From an uncultured Planctomycetales bacterium (GTDB lineage Bacteria; Omnitrophota; Gorgyraeia; Gygaellales; Profunditerraquicolaceae): a stretch of DNA of 64,000 bases. The notes beneath the pieces were generated by a model, which ran no database searches, had not been told where the DNA came from, and saw nothing but the letters and a program-made list of their open reading frames with translations. The DNA lies in NCBI GenBank assembly GCA_964542785.1, contig CAZIUK010000001.1, forward strand, positions 442,862 to 506,861, in the 5' to 3' direction. Positions 28,519 to 37,572 of the stretch are shown here, piece after piece. Every line of letters starts with the position of its first letter. Positions within the stretch are counted from its first letter, which is position 1. The position numbers and the translations under genes were made by a program.

Positions 28519-30366
28519 ATGGCTAAGAATAAAAAGAAAAAAATTAATAATAGACGTTCTACCTTGGGTTGGATAATAGCTATTATTCTTACCCTTATTA
28601 TCATAAATTCTATAAATATTCCTACAGGGGGAATTTTTAAGGAGATGACTTATGGAGAGTTTTATACTATTCTTAAGGAGAGTCCTGAAAAGATTAAATC
28701 TGTAGTTAAAAGAGAGTCAATTATTCAAGGCATCTTACAGGATAAATCCTCTTTTTTAGTGCATATTCCGGATAATGATCCTGAGCTCCTTAATCTGATG
28801 AGAAATAATTTAAAGGATTTTGATGTTAAGCCGGCGCGTACTTTCTGGACAGCCTTATTATTCAACTTAGGTCCGATACTTTTACTTATATTCTTCTGGT
28901 GGATGATGGCTGCCCGAGGTGAGCAATTAGGCAGTAGAATAATGGGTTTTGGGAAGGTTGCTCCTAAGATACACAGCGGTATGGAAAAAGTAACTTTTAA
29001 TGATGTCGCGGGGGTAGACGAGGCAAAAGAAGAATTAAGAGAGGTTATAGAATTCTTAAAAGACCCCAAACGTTTTCAAAAATTAGGCGGTAAGATTCCT
29101 AAGGGAGTATTATTGGTAGGTCCTCCTGGATGTGGCAAAACATTGATAGCCAAGGCAGTAGCAGGAGAAGCTGGGGTTCCGTTCTTCTCTATTAGTGGGT
29201 CAGATTTTGTAGAGATGTTTGTAGGAGTAGGCGCAAGTAGAGTTAGGGATTTGTTTGACCAAGGCAGAAGAGCAGGTAAGGCGTCAGGCAAGGGGGCTAT
29301 AATTTTTATTGACGAAATTGATGCTGTTGGTCGTCTTCGTTTTTCAGGGATAGGGGGAGGGCATGACGAACGGGAACAAACATTAAACGCCCTCTTGGTT
29401 GAAATGGATGGTTTTGATACTCAACAGGGGCTAATTCTTATAGCTGCTACTAATCGTCCAGATACCCTTGATCCTGCTTTGCTTCGTCCGGGTAGATTTG
29501 ACCGAAATATAATTGTTAGCCTTCCGGATATTAAAGGAAGGGAAGAGATATTAAAGGTTCATACACGTAAAATTAAACTCGCTTCTTCTGTAAACTTAAA
29601 ATCTATTGCTTCGCAAACCCCCGGTTTTTCTGGAGCTGATTTGGCTAATCTTTGCAACGAAGCTGCTCTCTTAGCTGCTAGGAATGGCAAGGAGGAGGTT
29701 GAAGAGATAGATTTTGATAAATCAGTTGAGAGGGTTCTTATGGGACCGGAGAAGAAGAGTCATATAATGTCAAAGAAGGAGAAGGAGATTACTGCTTTGC
29801 ATGAATCAGGACATGCCTTACTCTCCCTGCTTATTCCGGATGTAAATCCCCTAAAAAAGGTTTCAATTATCCCTCGAGGACTAGCAGGAGGTTATACTTT
29901 TACTCCCCCCTTAGAAGATAGGCATTATTGGACCAGAAGGGAATTAATCTCTGAGATATCCCTAATGTTAGGTGGAAGAGCTTCAGAAGAGATAAACTTA
30001 AAAGAAGTAACTACAGGAGCGCAAAATGATCTTGAACAGGCTACGAATATGGCACGTAGAATGGTTACTCAATTCGGAATGTCAGAGAAGTTAGGCAACA
30101 TTACTTTAGGTAAAAGAGGAGGCTTAGTATTTCTAGGGAAAGATATATCCGAGGAGAGAAACTACAGCGAAGAGACAGCTAAGCTTATAGATGAGGAGGT
30201 AAGAAGGATTATCGATGAGGCTTATAATCAAGCTAAGTCTTTGTTAGAAGAAAATCTAGATAAGCTTAAGGCCTTAACAGACGCCCTTCTTGAAAAAGAG
30301 GTATTAGATGGCGAGGTAGTTAAAGAGATTATTGGTATAAAAAAAGAAGACCGGTTATCTTCTTAA
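28519..30366 (+). CDS. ftsH: ATP-dependent zinc metalloprotease FtsH
   Basis: Two N-terminal TM helices, AAA+ Walker A (GPPGCGKT) and Walker B, SRH, and the HEAGH zinc motif (HESGHAL). Confidence 0.95.
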   Translation: MAKNKKKKINNRRSTLGWIIAIILTLIIINSINIPTGGIFKEMTYGEFYTILKESPEKIKSVVKRESIIQGILQDKSSFLVHIPDNDPELLNLMRNNLKDFDVKPARTFWTALLFNLGPILLLIFFWWMMAARGEQLGSRIMGFGKVAPKIHSGMEKVTFNDVAGVDEAKEELREVIEFLKDPKRFQKLGGKIPKGVLLVGPPGCGKTLIAKAVAGEAGVPFFSISGSDFVEMFVGVGASRVRDLFDQGRRAGKASGKGAIIFIDEIDAVGRLRFSGIGGGHDEREQTLNALLVEMDGFDTQQGLILIAATNRPDTLDPALLRPGRFDRNIIVSLPDIKGREEILKVHTRKIKLASSVNLKSIASQTPGFSGADLANLCNEAALLAARNGKEEVEEIDFDKSVERVLMGPEKKSHIMSKKEKEITALHESGHALLSLLIPDVNPLKKVSIIPRGLAGGYTFTPPLEDRHYWTRRELISEISLMLGGRASEEINLKEVTTGAQNDLEQATNMARRMVTQFGMSEKLGNITLGKRGGLVFLGKDISEERNYSEETAKLIDEEVRRIIDEAYNQAKSLLEENLDKLKALTDALLEKEVLDGEVVKEIIGIKKEDRLSS

Positions 30367-30372
30367 AAAATA

Positions 30373-31563
30373 ATGAGAGTTTTAAATTTATTAAAATCTA
30401 AAGAATTATTTAAGGTTATGAATGATATAGGGGTGGATCTTAATGGAATAAAGATAATGCTCCCTAAGGCGCAACATTTTTTGATTAAAATTAACAACCT
30501 TAATAATATCCAGGCAAATATCATTAAGCAACAAATGCTCTCTTTGGGGGCAGAGGCAGCTTTAGCAAAAGATACCCTTACTGGAAGGGTAAAAAAAACC
30601 GATTGCCTTCTTATGGGAAGCTACTCTCACTATAACCGCTTGATAGGAAAACTTAACAAGCAGCCATTTATGCTGCAATCAATTGCTAAGGATTTAGGCT
30701 CTATTTTAAATAATAATGATAAAGAGACCTTTCGTTTTGTAGCTGGTAAATATACCCTTAATTTAGGAGTGCGTTCCTGCATAATGGGTATAGTAAATAT
30801 AACTGAAGATTCTTTTAGCGGCGACGGGCTATTCGGTTTAAAAACAAAAAAGATAGTAGAATATGCTTTGGGTTTGGTTAAGGATGGCGCTGATATTATA
30901 GATATTGGTGGAGAATCTGCGCGTCCGGGGGCTACTAGAAGAATAAGCTTAAAGGAAGAAAAGAGACGAGTAATTCCGGTGATAAAAGCTTTAAGCAAGA
31001 AAATTAAGATTCCTATTTCAGTTGATACCTATAAACCACAGATAGCAAAAATTGCCTTAGAGAACGGTGCAAGCATTATTAATGATATTTCAGGGTTAAG
31101 AAACCACAAGATGGCGAAGATAGTGGCTAAATATAAATCCGGGATTATAATTATGCATATGCTTAGAAACCCAAGGGTAATGCAAAAAAATCCTACCTAT
31201 GCTTCTTTAATGGATGACCTATATTCTTATTTAAGCTTAGCAATTTCTAAAGCTTTGCAGTACGGCATATCAGAAGAGAGTATTGTTGTTGACCCTGGGA
31301 TTGGTTTTGGCAAGACACTACCTCATAATCTTGAAATAATTAAAAGGCTTAGAGAATTTAAATCTTTAGGCAGGCCGATAATGATAGGCGTTTCAAGAAA
31401 GTCTTTTATTGGGCGTATATTAAAAATTAAGCCAAGCAAAAGGATATTTGGAACAGTTGCTTCTTGCGCGGTTGCAAGAATGAATGGAGCGGCTATTTTT
31501 AGGGTACATAATGTTAAGGAAACAAGAGAAGCCCTAAAGATAGTTGATAGTTTAATATTATGA
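30373..31563 (+). CDS. folP: Dihydropteroate synthase with a ~115-aa N-terminal extension of unknown function
   Basis: The C-terminal ~280 aa is a canonical DHPS pterin-binding barrel (GIVNITEDSFSGDG…DIIDIGGESARPG…VDTYKP…DPGIGFGKT). The N-terminal 1-115 has no DHPS or HPPK motifs. Confidence 0.85.
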   Translation: MRVLNLLKSKELFKVMNDIGVDLNGIKIMLPKAQHFLIKINNLNNIQANIIKQQMLSLGAEAALAKDTLTGRVKKTDCLLMGSYSHYNRLIGKLNKQPFMLQSIAKDLGSILNNNDKETFRFVAGKYTLNLGVRSCIMGIVNITEDSFSGDGLFGLKTKKIVEYALGLVKDGADIIDIGGESARPGATRRISLKEEKRRVIPVIKALSKKIKIPISVDTYKPQIAKIALENGASIINDISGLRNHKMAKIVAKYKSGIIIMHMLRNPRVMQKNPTYASLMDDLYSYLSLAISKALQYGISEESIVVDPGIGFGKTLPHNLEIIKRLREFKSLGRPIMIGVSRKSFIGRILKIKPSKRIFGTVASCAVARMNGAAIFRVHNVKETREALKIVDSLIL

Positions 31564-32336
31564 GCATAACTGTAGCTTTTATCCACTGGAAAACATTGCT
31601 TGAGATTTCAATCCTTTGGTTTGTAATTTACCAAACAATGCTTTTTTTTGAAGGGACTCGTGCCATCCAGGTTGTTCGAGGAATAGTAATAATCCTAGTT
31701 TCCTTTTTTGTATTTCAAAGGCTTGGGCTTACGAGGTTAGATTGGATATTTAAAAACTTTTTTGCTACATCCGTCATTGCAGCGCTTATTATATTTCATC
31801 CGGAGATAAGAAGAGGTCTTGCGCGTCTTGGACAGAGGCATATTTTTACAGCGCAACTTCGCGATGAAGAGTTAGATTATATGCTAAAAGAGATAAGTAT
31901 AGCAGTAGATGCTTTAGTTTACGAAAAGATAGGTGCTTTAATAGCTATAGAAAAAAGTGACCCCCTTAATGCTTTTGCCCAAAGTGGAGTTATGATTGAT
32001 TCAAGGGTCTCTTCTGAACTTATCCAGGCAGTATTTACCCCTAATAACCCTCTTCATGATGGAGGCATCATCATCCAAAATGGAAGGATTTTGAGTGCTG
32101 GCTGTTTTTTTCCTTTGGCGCAATCTCAAGAATTAAGTCGTATGTTTGGCACTAGACACCGCGCAGCCTTAGGTTTAAGCGAAGAAACAGATGCTTTAGT
32201 TATTATAGTATCTGAGGAGAGGAAGGATGTCTCTTTGGTTTATGATGGTAAATTATATAATGCCTTAGATCAAAAAGAGTTATTCTTGAAGGCAAAAGAG
32301 ATTTTTAAACTAAAGGATAAAGATGAGCAGGAATAA
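31560..32336 (+). CDS. cdaA: Diadenylate cyclase CdaA (DisA_N/DAC domain, 3 TM helices)
   Basis: Three N-terminal TM helices and a DAC domain (…HDGGIIIQ…TRHRAALGLSEETDALVIIVSEERKDVSL). Confidence 0.9.
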   Translation: MSITVAFIHWKTLLEISILWFVIYQTMLFFEGTRAIQVVRGIVIILVSFFVFQRLGLTRLDWIFKNFFATSVIAALIIFHPEIRRGLARLGQRHIFTAQLRDEELDYMLKEISIAVDALVYEKIGALIAIEKSDPLNAFAQSGVMIDSRVSSELIQAVFTPNNPLHDGGIIIQNGRILSAGCFFPLAQSQELSRMFGTRHRAALGLSEETDALVIIVSEERKDVSLVYDGKLYNALDQKELFLKAKEIFKLKDKDEQE

Positions 32337-32457
32337 AATAACCTTTATCAAAAGGATAAAGTATATCTTTTTATCGCATCCTTGGCTTAAAGTTATATCT
32401 TTGATCTTAGCTATAATATCTTGGCTTTATATAAATTACGAGATGCTCTCACATTAA
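32323..32457 (+). pseudogene. 44-aa ORF resembling only the N-terminal TM segment of CdaA regulator CdaR/YbbR (truncated remnant or small membrane protein)
   Basis: MSRNKITFIKRIKYIFLSHPWLKVISLILAIISWLYINYEMLSH*. The motif LKVISLILAIISWLY resembles the conserved start of YbbR proteins (…LKILSLLLAILLWFYV). A full YbbR of ~300-400 aa is absent because pdxJ starts 3 nt downstream. Confidence 0.4.
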
Positions 32458-32459
32458 AA

Positions 32460-33173
32460 ATGCGCTTAGGAGTAAACATAGATCATATAGCTACACTAAG
32501 AGAGGCGCGCGCCGGCTTAGAGCCTGAGCCTGCCCTTGCTGCTTTAATAGTGGAGAGAAGCGGCGCAGATAGCCTTGTAGTCCATCTACGCGAAGATCGC
32601 AGGCATATTAAAGAGAATGATCTTTGGGTCTTAAAGGAAATCTCTTCATTGCCTCTTAATTTAGAGATGTCTATATCTAAAGAGATAATAGATATCGCCT
32701 GTAAGATTAAGCCTGCTCGAACTACCCTTGTCCCTGAAAGAAGAGCAGAGCTTACTACTGAGGGAGGATTAGATGTTATAAAGAACTTTAAGCGTGTTAA
32801 GCATGCAATAGGTAAGTTAAATAAAAACGGTATTGAAGTAAGTATTTTTATTGATCCTTCTTGCAATCAGATAAAAGCAGTTAACAACTTAGGCGTCAGT
32901 AACATTGAACTACACACCGGAAAATATGCTAACGCTAAAAATAACAGTGAACTATGCAGGGCTCTTAATGAGATAAAGAAGGCAGCGATATATGCTAAGT
33001 CCTTAAAACTAAATGTTTTTGCCGGGCATGGCTTAGATTATAATAATGTTTTGCCTATAGCAAGAATTAAGCAAATAGAAGAACTAAATATCGGGCATTC
33101 TATTGTCTCTAGGGCAGTTTTTATTGGTTTAGGTAAAGCAGTAAAAGAGCTAAAAATGCTAATAACCAAATGA
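32460..33173 (+). CDS. pdxJ: Pyridoxine 5'-phosphate synthase
   Basis: MRLGVNIDHIATLREAR at the N-terminus is the PdxJ signature. The start was moved to the in-frame ATG at 32460; the ORF-track start at 32421 would overlap the cdaA-downstream ORF. Confidence 0.9.
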   Translation: MRLGVNIDHIATLREARAGLEPEPALAALIVERSGADSLVVHLREDRRHIKENDLWVLKEISSLPLNLEMSISKEIIDIACKIKPARTTLVPERRAELTTEGGLDVIKNFKRVKHAIGKLNKNGIEVSIFIDPSCNQIKAVNNLGVSNIELHTGKYANAKNNSELCRALNEIKKAAIYAKSLKLNVFAGHGLDYNNVLPIARIKQIEELNIGHSIVSRAVFIGLGKAVKELKMLITK

Positions 33174-33526
33174 TTTTGGGAACAGGTGTAGATATAACAG
33201 AAGTTAGCCGCTTAAAGAGGGCTATAGAAAAGTGGGGGAACGCTTTTTTAGAGAGAATTTTCACAAAAGAGGAGCTTAATAACGCTAAAGCTAGAATTAG
33301 TATATACCAACATTTGGCAGGTAGATTTGCTGCAAAAGAAGCAGTCTTTAAGGCCTTAGGTGATGAGTCTTTAACCTGGAAAGATTTAGAGGTGCTAAAC
33401 GATAAAGACGGTAAACCTTTCTGTAATTTTTTAAATTCTAAAGGCAGAGGGGTAAATGTAGTTATTTCTATCTCTCATGTAAAAAATTATGCGCTTGCCA
33501 ATGCGATTGTTACAAAGGGCGCTTAA
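33170..33526 (+). CDS. acpS: Holo-[acyl-carrier-protein] synthase
   Basis: MILGTGVDITEVSRL…FAAKEAVFKALG, typical AcpS. Confidence 0.9.
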   Translation: MILGTGVDITEVSRLKRAIEKWGNAFLERIFTKEELNNAKARISIYQHLAGRFAAKEAVFKALGDESLTWKDLEVLNDKDGKPFCNFLNSKGRGVNVVISISHVKNYALANAIVTKGA

Positions 33527-34391
33527 TACTAATAAAAGCGACTTTGGGCATATATTTATTCTTGCAGGTTCCGCCCGTTATTCCGGAGCTGCAGCGCTTT
33601 GCTCTTTAGCATTATTGCGTAGTGGCACAGGATTAGTTACCTTAGGGATACCTAAAGGGATTAATAACGCAATGATAAAGATTAAGCCTAAAGAGGTAAT
33701 AACCCTTCCTTTACCTCAAACAAAAGAAGGAGGAGTAAGCCTTTTGGCATTTAAAAAGATTGCAGATCTTATGAAAAAAATAGACATTTTGGTTATTGGT
33801 CCAGGATTAGGAAGCGAATCTTCAACTTATTCTTTGATTCGTAAAGTCATCTCTTCTTCCTTAAAGCGTATGGTAATTGACGCTGATGGATTAAATGCTA
33901 TAAAAGGAAATTTAAGCATCCTGTCTAAAATTACGGAAAAAAACTCTGCGCTTATCATGACTCCTCATCCTAAAGAGATGTCTCGCTTGACAGGCTTAAG
34001 CGTAGAAGAAATTCAAAAAAATAGAAAAAAAATATCACTTGATTTTGCAACAAAACACAAAGTAACTTTAGTTTTAAAAGGCTTTGAAACTATAGTTGCA
34101 AGTTTTAATGGTAATATTTATATAAATAAAACCGGAAACCCGGGGATGGCGACTGCGGGAAGTGGAGATGTGCTAACCGGCATAATTGCCTCTTTTTTAG
34201 CACAAGGATTGAATGCCTTTGAAGCAGCAAAGACAGGAGTCTATCTTCACGGAGTAGCTGGAGATTTGGCAGTAAAAGAAAAAACACAAATTTCCTTGAT
34301 TGCCTCAGATATTATTGATAAAATCCCTAATGCAATAAAAAAAATGGGCGTTTGCCGGCGTAGCTCAGTTGGTAGAGCAGCTGTTTTGTAA
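33489..34391 (+). CDS. nnrD: ADP-dependent NAD(P)H-hydrate dehydratase (YjeF C-terminal domain)
   Basis: YjeF_C carbohydrate-kinase-like motifs (ILAGSARYSGAAAL, VIGPGLG, TPHPKEMSRL, GMATAGSGDVLTG). The 3' end (last ~13 codons) reads into tRNA-Thr. Confidence 0.8.
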   Translation: MRLPMRLLQRALNTNKSDFGHIFILAGSARYSGAAALCSLALLRSGTGLVTLGIPKGINNAMIKIKPKEVITLPLPQTKEGGVSLLAFKKIADLMKKIDILVIGPGLGSESSTYSLIRKVISSSLKRMVIDADGLNAIKGNLSILSKITEKNSALIMTPHPKEMSRLTGLSVEEIQKNRKKISLDFATKHKVTLVLKGFETIVASFNGNIYINKTGNPGMATAGSGDVLTGIIASFLAQGLNAFEAAKTGVYLHGVAGDLAVKEKTQISLIASDIIDKIPNAIKKMGVCRRSSVGRAAVL

Positions 34392-34426
34392 ACAGCGGGT
34401 CGGGGGTTCGATTCCTCTCGCCGGCT
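34354..34426 (+). tRNA. tRNA-Thr (TGT)
   Basis: Canonical cloverleaf GCCGGCG-TA-GCTC-AGTTGGTA-GAGC-A-GCTGT-TTTGTAA-ACAGC-…-GGGGG-TTCGATT-CCTCT-CGCCGGC-T. Confidence 0.9.
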
Positions 34427-34436
34427 TTAAATAAAC

Positions 34437-34522
34437 GGGCAGGTACCCAAGTGGCCAAAGGGGGCAGACTGTAAATCTGCTGCACCTGTGCTTCAGAGGT
34501 TCGAATCCTCTCCTGCCCACCA
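34437..34522 (+). tRNA. tRNA-Tyr (GTA), long variable arm, CCA encoded
   Basis: GGGCAGG…GCAGA-CTGTAAA-TCTGC, a long variable arm, T-arm AGAGG-TTCGAAT-CCTCT, CCTGCCC-A-CCA. Confidence 0.9.
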
Positions 34523-34527
34523 TTATT

Positions 34528-34599
34528 GCGGGAGTAGTTCAGTGGTAGAACACTTGCCTTCCAAGCAAGTCGTCGCGGGTTCGAATCCCGTCTCCCGCT
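34528..34599 (+). tRNA. tRNA-Gly (TCC)
   Basis: GCGGGAG-TA-GTTC-AGTGGTA-GAAC-A-CTTGC-CTTCCAA-GCAAG-…-GCGGG-TTCGAAT-CCCGT-CTCCCGC-T. Confidence 0.9.
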
Positions 34600-34614
34600 A
34601 TTATAAAAACGTTT

Positions 34615-36102
34615 ATGAACCATTTAAAAATAATTTATAATGCAATTGATAAAGCAGATTCCTTAATCTTTTATTGTGATCCTAAAGGAAAAATCCTTAT
34701 GTGCAATAAAAAGTTTAAGGATGTTGTTGGCATCTCAAAAGATTCAATTGTAGGATCTAATTGCTTTAGCGTAATCTATAAAAGGTCAAAAAACTCTTTG
34801 AGTAAAGAGCAAATTTTTAAAGCTATGTTTAATGATACCTTAAAATACAAACGCCCTGTTAGTTTTGAGATTTTGATACCTGATTGTAAAGTGAAAAATC
34901 GATTAATTTGTTGGAGGATTAGCCCTATCTTAACAAAAAACAAAAATCTTCAAGGCCTCTTGTTTATAGGCAACGATAATACTTCTCGCGAAGAAAAAGA
35001 GGCTTCTTTAAAGAATATCGACCAGACATTAAAAAATATCATCCTAAATATAAAAGAATACGCCTTATACTCTATTAACTTAGATGGGAATATAACTTAT
35101 TATAGCATGGGTGCAGAGGATATGTTTGGTTGGAAGAGAAGCGAGATAATCTTTAAGCATATAAGCACCCTACATTCCTATGATGATACCTCTTACAAAT
35201 TGCCCTTCATCCTTGAGCAGGTAAAAAAAACCGGTAGGTATGAATTAGAAACTTATTTTATTAATAAGGATGGCCAATCTTTTCCGGTAAACTTAGCTAT
35301 AACTAAATTTATTGATTCAGCAGGCAATACAACAGGCTATATATTTATGGCTAAAGACATTACTGAAAGAAAAAAATTAGAATACCAGATATTCCAATCG
35401 GAAAAACTTGCGACAATGGGCCAATTAGTTGCAGGGATAGCACATGAAATTAACAATCCTGTCTTTGTTATATCCGGTAGAGCAGAAATCTTATTAAATA
35501 CCAAAGGTTTAAATAAGAAATTAAGGTCTGGACTTAAAGTAATAAATCTTCAGGTAGATCAGATAAGAAAGCTCGTAGATAGATTCCTGGCTTTTTCCCG
35601 CAAATCAACCCCTACTACAAGAGAACTGGATATAAATAAAATAATTAGAAGTGTTCTTCCGCTTCTACGCTATCATAAATTACCTTCAAATAAAATTAAA
35701 ATAAATAAGATTTTTGCCAAAAATATTCCTAAAGTTAAAGGAGATTCGCATCAACTCCAGGAGGTATTTGTAAATTTATTTATTAATGCTTACCAGGCTA
35801 TGAAAGAAGGAGGTACGCTTACTATTAAAACTATTAATAAATCAAATGAATATCTTTTAATATATGTAAGTGATACTGGTTGTGGTATACCTCCACTTGC
35901 TTTAAAAAATCTTTTTCTGCCCTTTTATTCCTCAAAAAGAGAAGGAACAGGCTTAGGGCTTTCTATTTGCTATAATATAATAAAGAATCACAGTGGCTCC
36001 ATAACTGTTAAAAGCCAAGCAGGTAAAGGAACTACCTTTATTATCAAATTACCTTTTGTTAAAAAAGGAGATATCAATGGTTTACAAAATATTGGTTGTT
36101 GA
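34615..36102 (+). CDS. Cytoplasmic PAS-domain sensor histidine kinase
   Basis: No TM segments, two PAS-like regions, H-box (AGIAHEINNP), HATPase_c motifs (DTGCGIP, GTGLGLSIC). Confidence 0.85.
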   Translation: MNHLKIIYNAIDKADSLIFYCDPKGKILMCNKKFKDVVGISKDSIVGSNCFSVIYKRSKNSLSKEQIFKAMFNDTLKYKRPVSFEILIPDCKVKNRLICWRISPILTKNKNLQGLLFIGNDNTSREEKEASLKNIDQTLKNIILNIKEYALYSINLDGNITYYSMGAEDMFGWKRSEIIFKHISTLHSYDDTSYKLPFILEQVKKTGRYELETYFINKDGQSFPVNLAITKFIDSAGNTTGYIFMAKDITERKKLEYQIFQSEKLATMGQLVAGIAHEINNPVFVISGRAEILLNTKGLNKKLRSGLKVINLQVDQIRKLVDRFLAFSRKSTPTTRELDINKIIRSVLPLLRYHKLPSNKIKINKIFAKNIPKVKGDSHQLQEVFVNLFINAYQAMKEGGTLTIKTINKSNEYLLIYVSDTGCGIPPLALKNLFLPFYSSKREGTGLGLSICYNIIKNHSGSITVKSQAGKGTTFIIKLPFVKKGDINGLQNIGC

Positions 36103-36466
36103 TGATGAACCAGCGGTAAGGGAATTATTTAAAGACTTATTTAAAAAAGAAGGACATTCAGTAAAAGCTGCGGCAACCGGAGAAGAATCATTAGAATTGG
36201 TAGAAAAAGAGGATTTTGATATTATCCTTATGGATATTAAACTTACCGGGATAAACGGCCTGGAGGCTTTAAAAAAAATAAAAGCTTTAAAAAGTAAAAT
36301 TATAGTAATTATGATTACCGGTTTTGGGTATGACGAAGAGCTTATATCCAAGTCTAGAGAATACGGCAGTGCAGGTTATATCGGTAAAAATATGCCTATA
36401 TCACAGATTATCAGCAATTTTAACCTTTTTGTTAAAGCTGCAAAAAAAGAAATAAAAAATGCCTGA
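36077..36466 (+). CDS. Response regulator, receiver domain only (CheY-like)
   Basis: MVYKILVVDDEP…DIILMDIKLTGINGLE…; there is no output domain. The ATG at 36077 is preceded by the RBS AAAGGAG; it overlaps the HK stop. Confidence 0.8.
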   Translation: MVYKILVVDDEPAVRELFKDLFKKEGHSVKAAATGEESLELVEKEDFDIILMDIKLTGINGLEALKKIKALKSKIIVIMITGFGYDEELISKSREYGSAGYIGKNMPISQIISNFNLFVKAAKKEIKNA

Positions 36467-37208
36467 AGAACTCTTAAAACCTGTTTTTATAGATGCCTTT
36501 GATTTAGATGACGCCTGGTTTCAATCTCTCTCTGAAATTTTAGAGCGTGGCCATGTCTATACTATTACAAAGGGAAGTTACGAAGGACAGAAAAGACTAG
36601 AGTTTGATTTTGCGGCGATAAGAGTTAAAAAACCGTCTCATCAAATAATTCCTATAATACCTGAAGGTATGAGCATCCCTGCCCCTACGGACATGGACTA
36701 TATTCAAGGCTATTTAGCTTATCTTTTAACCGGGACTAAAACAGACGCAGAAGATTACACCTATGGAGAAAGATTAGTTGACCCTAAAGTTAAATTTAAA
36801 GAGAATGTGAACGGCAAAGAGATGGTACGAGAAATGCCTCTTTGTGTAAATCAAATTGAGGAAGTTATAAAGCTTTACAGGGAGAAGGGGGCGGGGACCA
36901 ATCAAGCAACTATGGAGATTGGTATGCCTTCAGATATAAAGCTTCTTGATCCTCCATGCTTAAGGATTATAGATACGCGCCTACGTTACGGAAAATTGCA
37001 TTTTATACTTTATTTTCGTTCTTGGGATTTATGGGGAGGTTTTCCCTCTAACTTAGGCGGACTTCAATTAGTTAAGCAATATATGGCTGAAGAAATAGGT
37101 GTTGAAGATGGAGAAATTATTGCCCTAAGCAAAGGATTACACTTATATGATTATGCTTGGGACTTAGCAAAGGTAAGAACAAATAAAAATAATTTAGCTA
37201 TAAAATAA
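36459..37208 (+). CDS. Thymidylate synthase (ThyA) family protein, short archaeal-like form
   Basis: The ThyA active-site region is conserved (LDPPCLRIID matches LPPCH with the catalytic Cys; FRSWDLWGGFPSNLGGLQLV matches [20 protein letters not shown]). The N-terminal half diverges from bacterial ThyA. 249 aa. Confidence 0.6.
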   Translation: MPEELLKPVFIDAFDLDDAWFQSLSEILERGHVYTITKGSYEGQKRLEFDFAAIRVKKPSHQIIPIIPEGMSIPAPTDMDYIQGYLAYLLTGTKTDAEDYTYGERLVDPKVKFKENVNGKEMVREMPLCVNQIEEVIKLYREKGAGTNQATMEIGMPSDIKLLDPPCLRIIDTRLRYGKLHFILYFRSWDLWGGFPSNLGGLQLVKQYMAEEIGVEDGEIIALSKGLHLYDYAWDLAKVRTNKNNLAIK

Positions 37209-37209
37209 T

Positions 37210-37572
37210 ATGGATACGAATACTTCTGAAAGGCGGCTTTTTCAAAGAATAAATTACGCGACACCCTTAGCTTATAAGGTATGCAATAAAGATACCGTAT
37301 CGAAGCTTCTTGAAGGCTACACCTCAAATATAAGCCAAGCAGGAATACTCTGTAATATTAAAGAACAGGTTAATCAAGATGATATTCTTTGGTTATCATT
37401 TAATCGTGAAACTTTAGAGATCTGTGAAGAGTTAGAAAAAAGAGCACTTATATACCAAAAGGGGGTATTAGGAAAAGTAGTAAGGATTGAGCCGAGAGGG
37501 AGCCTTAACTTTGATGTGGGAATAAAGTTTATTACCCGAGAAGAAAAAAGCTGGAGCAATGTATTTGAATAA
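37210..37572 (+). CDS. PilZ-domain protein (c-di-GMP receptor-like)
   Basis: RRLFQR (RxxxR) and NISQAG (D/NxSxxG), the canonical PilZ motifs. 120 aa. Confidence 0.7.
   Translation: MDTNTSERRLFQRINYATPLAYKVCNKDTVSKLLEGYTSNISQAGILCNIKEQVNQDDILWLSFNRETLEICEELEKRALIYQKGVLGKVVRIEPRGSLNFDVGIKFITREEKSWSNVFE

Noticed and set aside
34327-34623. 98-aa minus-strand ORF
   Set aside because: It is antisense to the tRNA Thr-Tyr-Gly cluster. Its sequence content is explained by the tRNAs.
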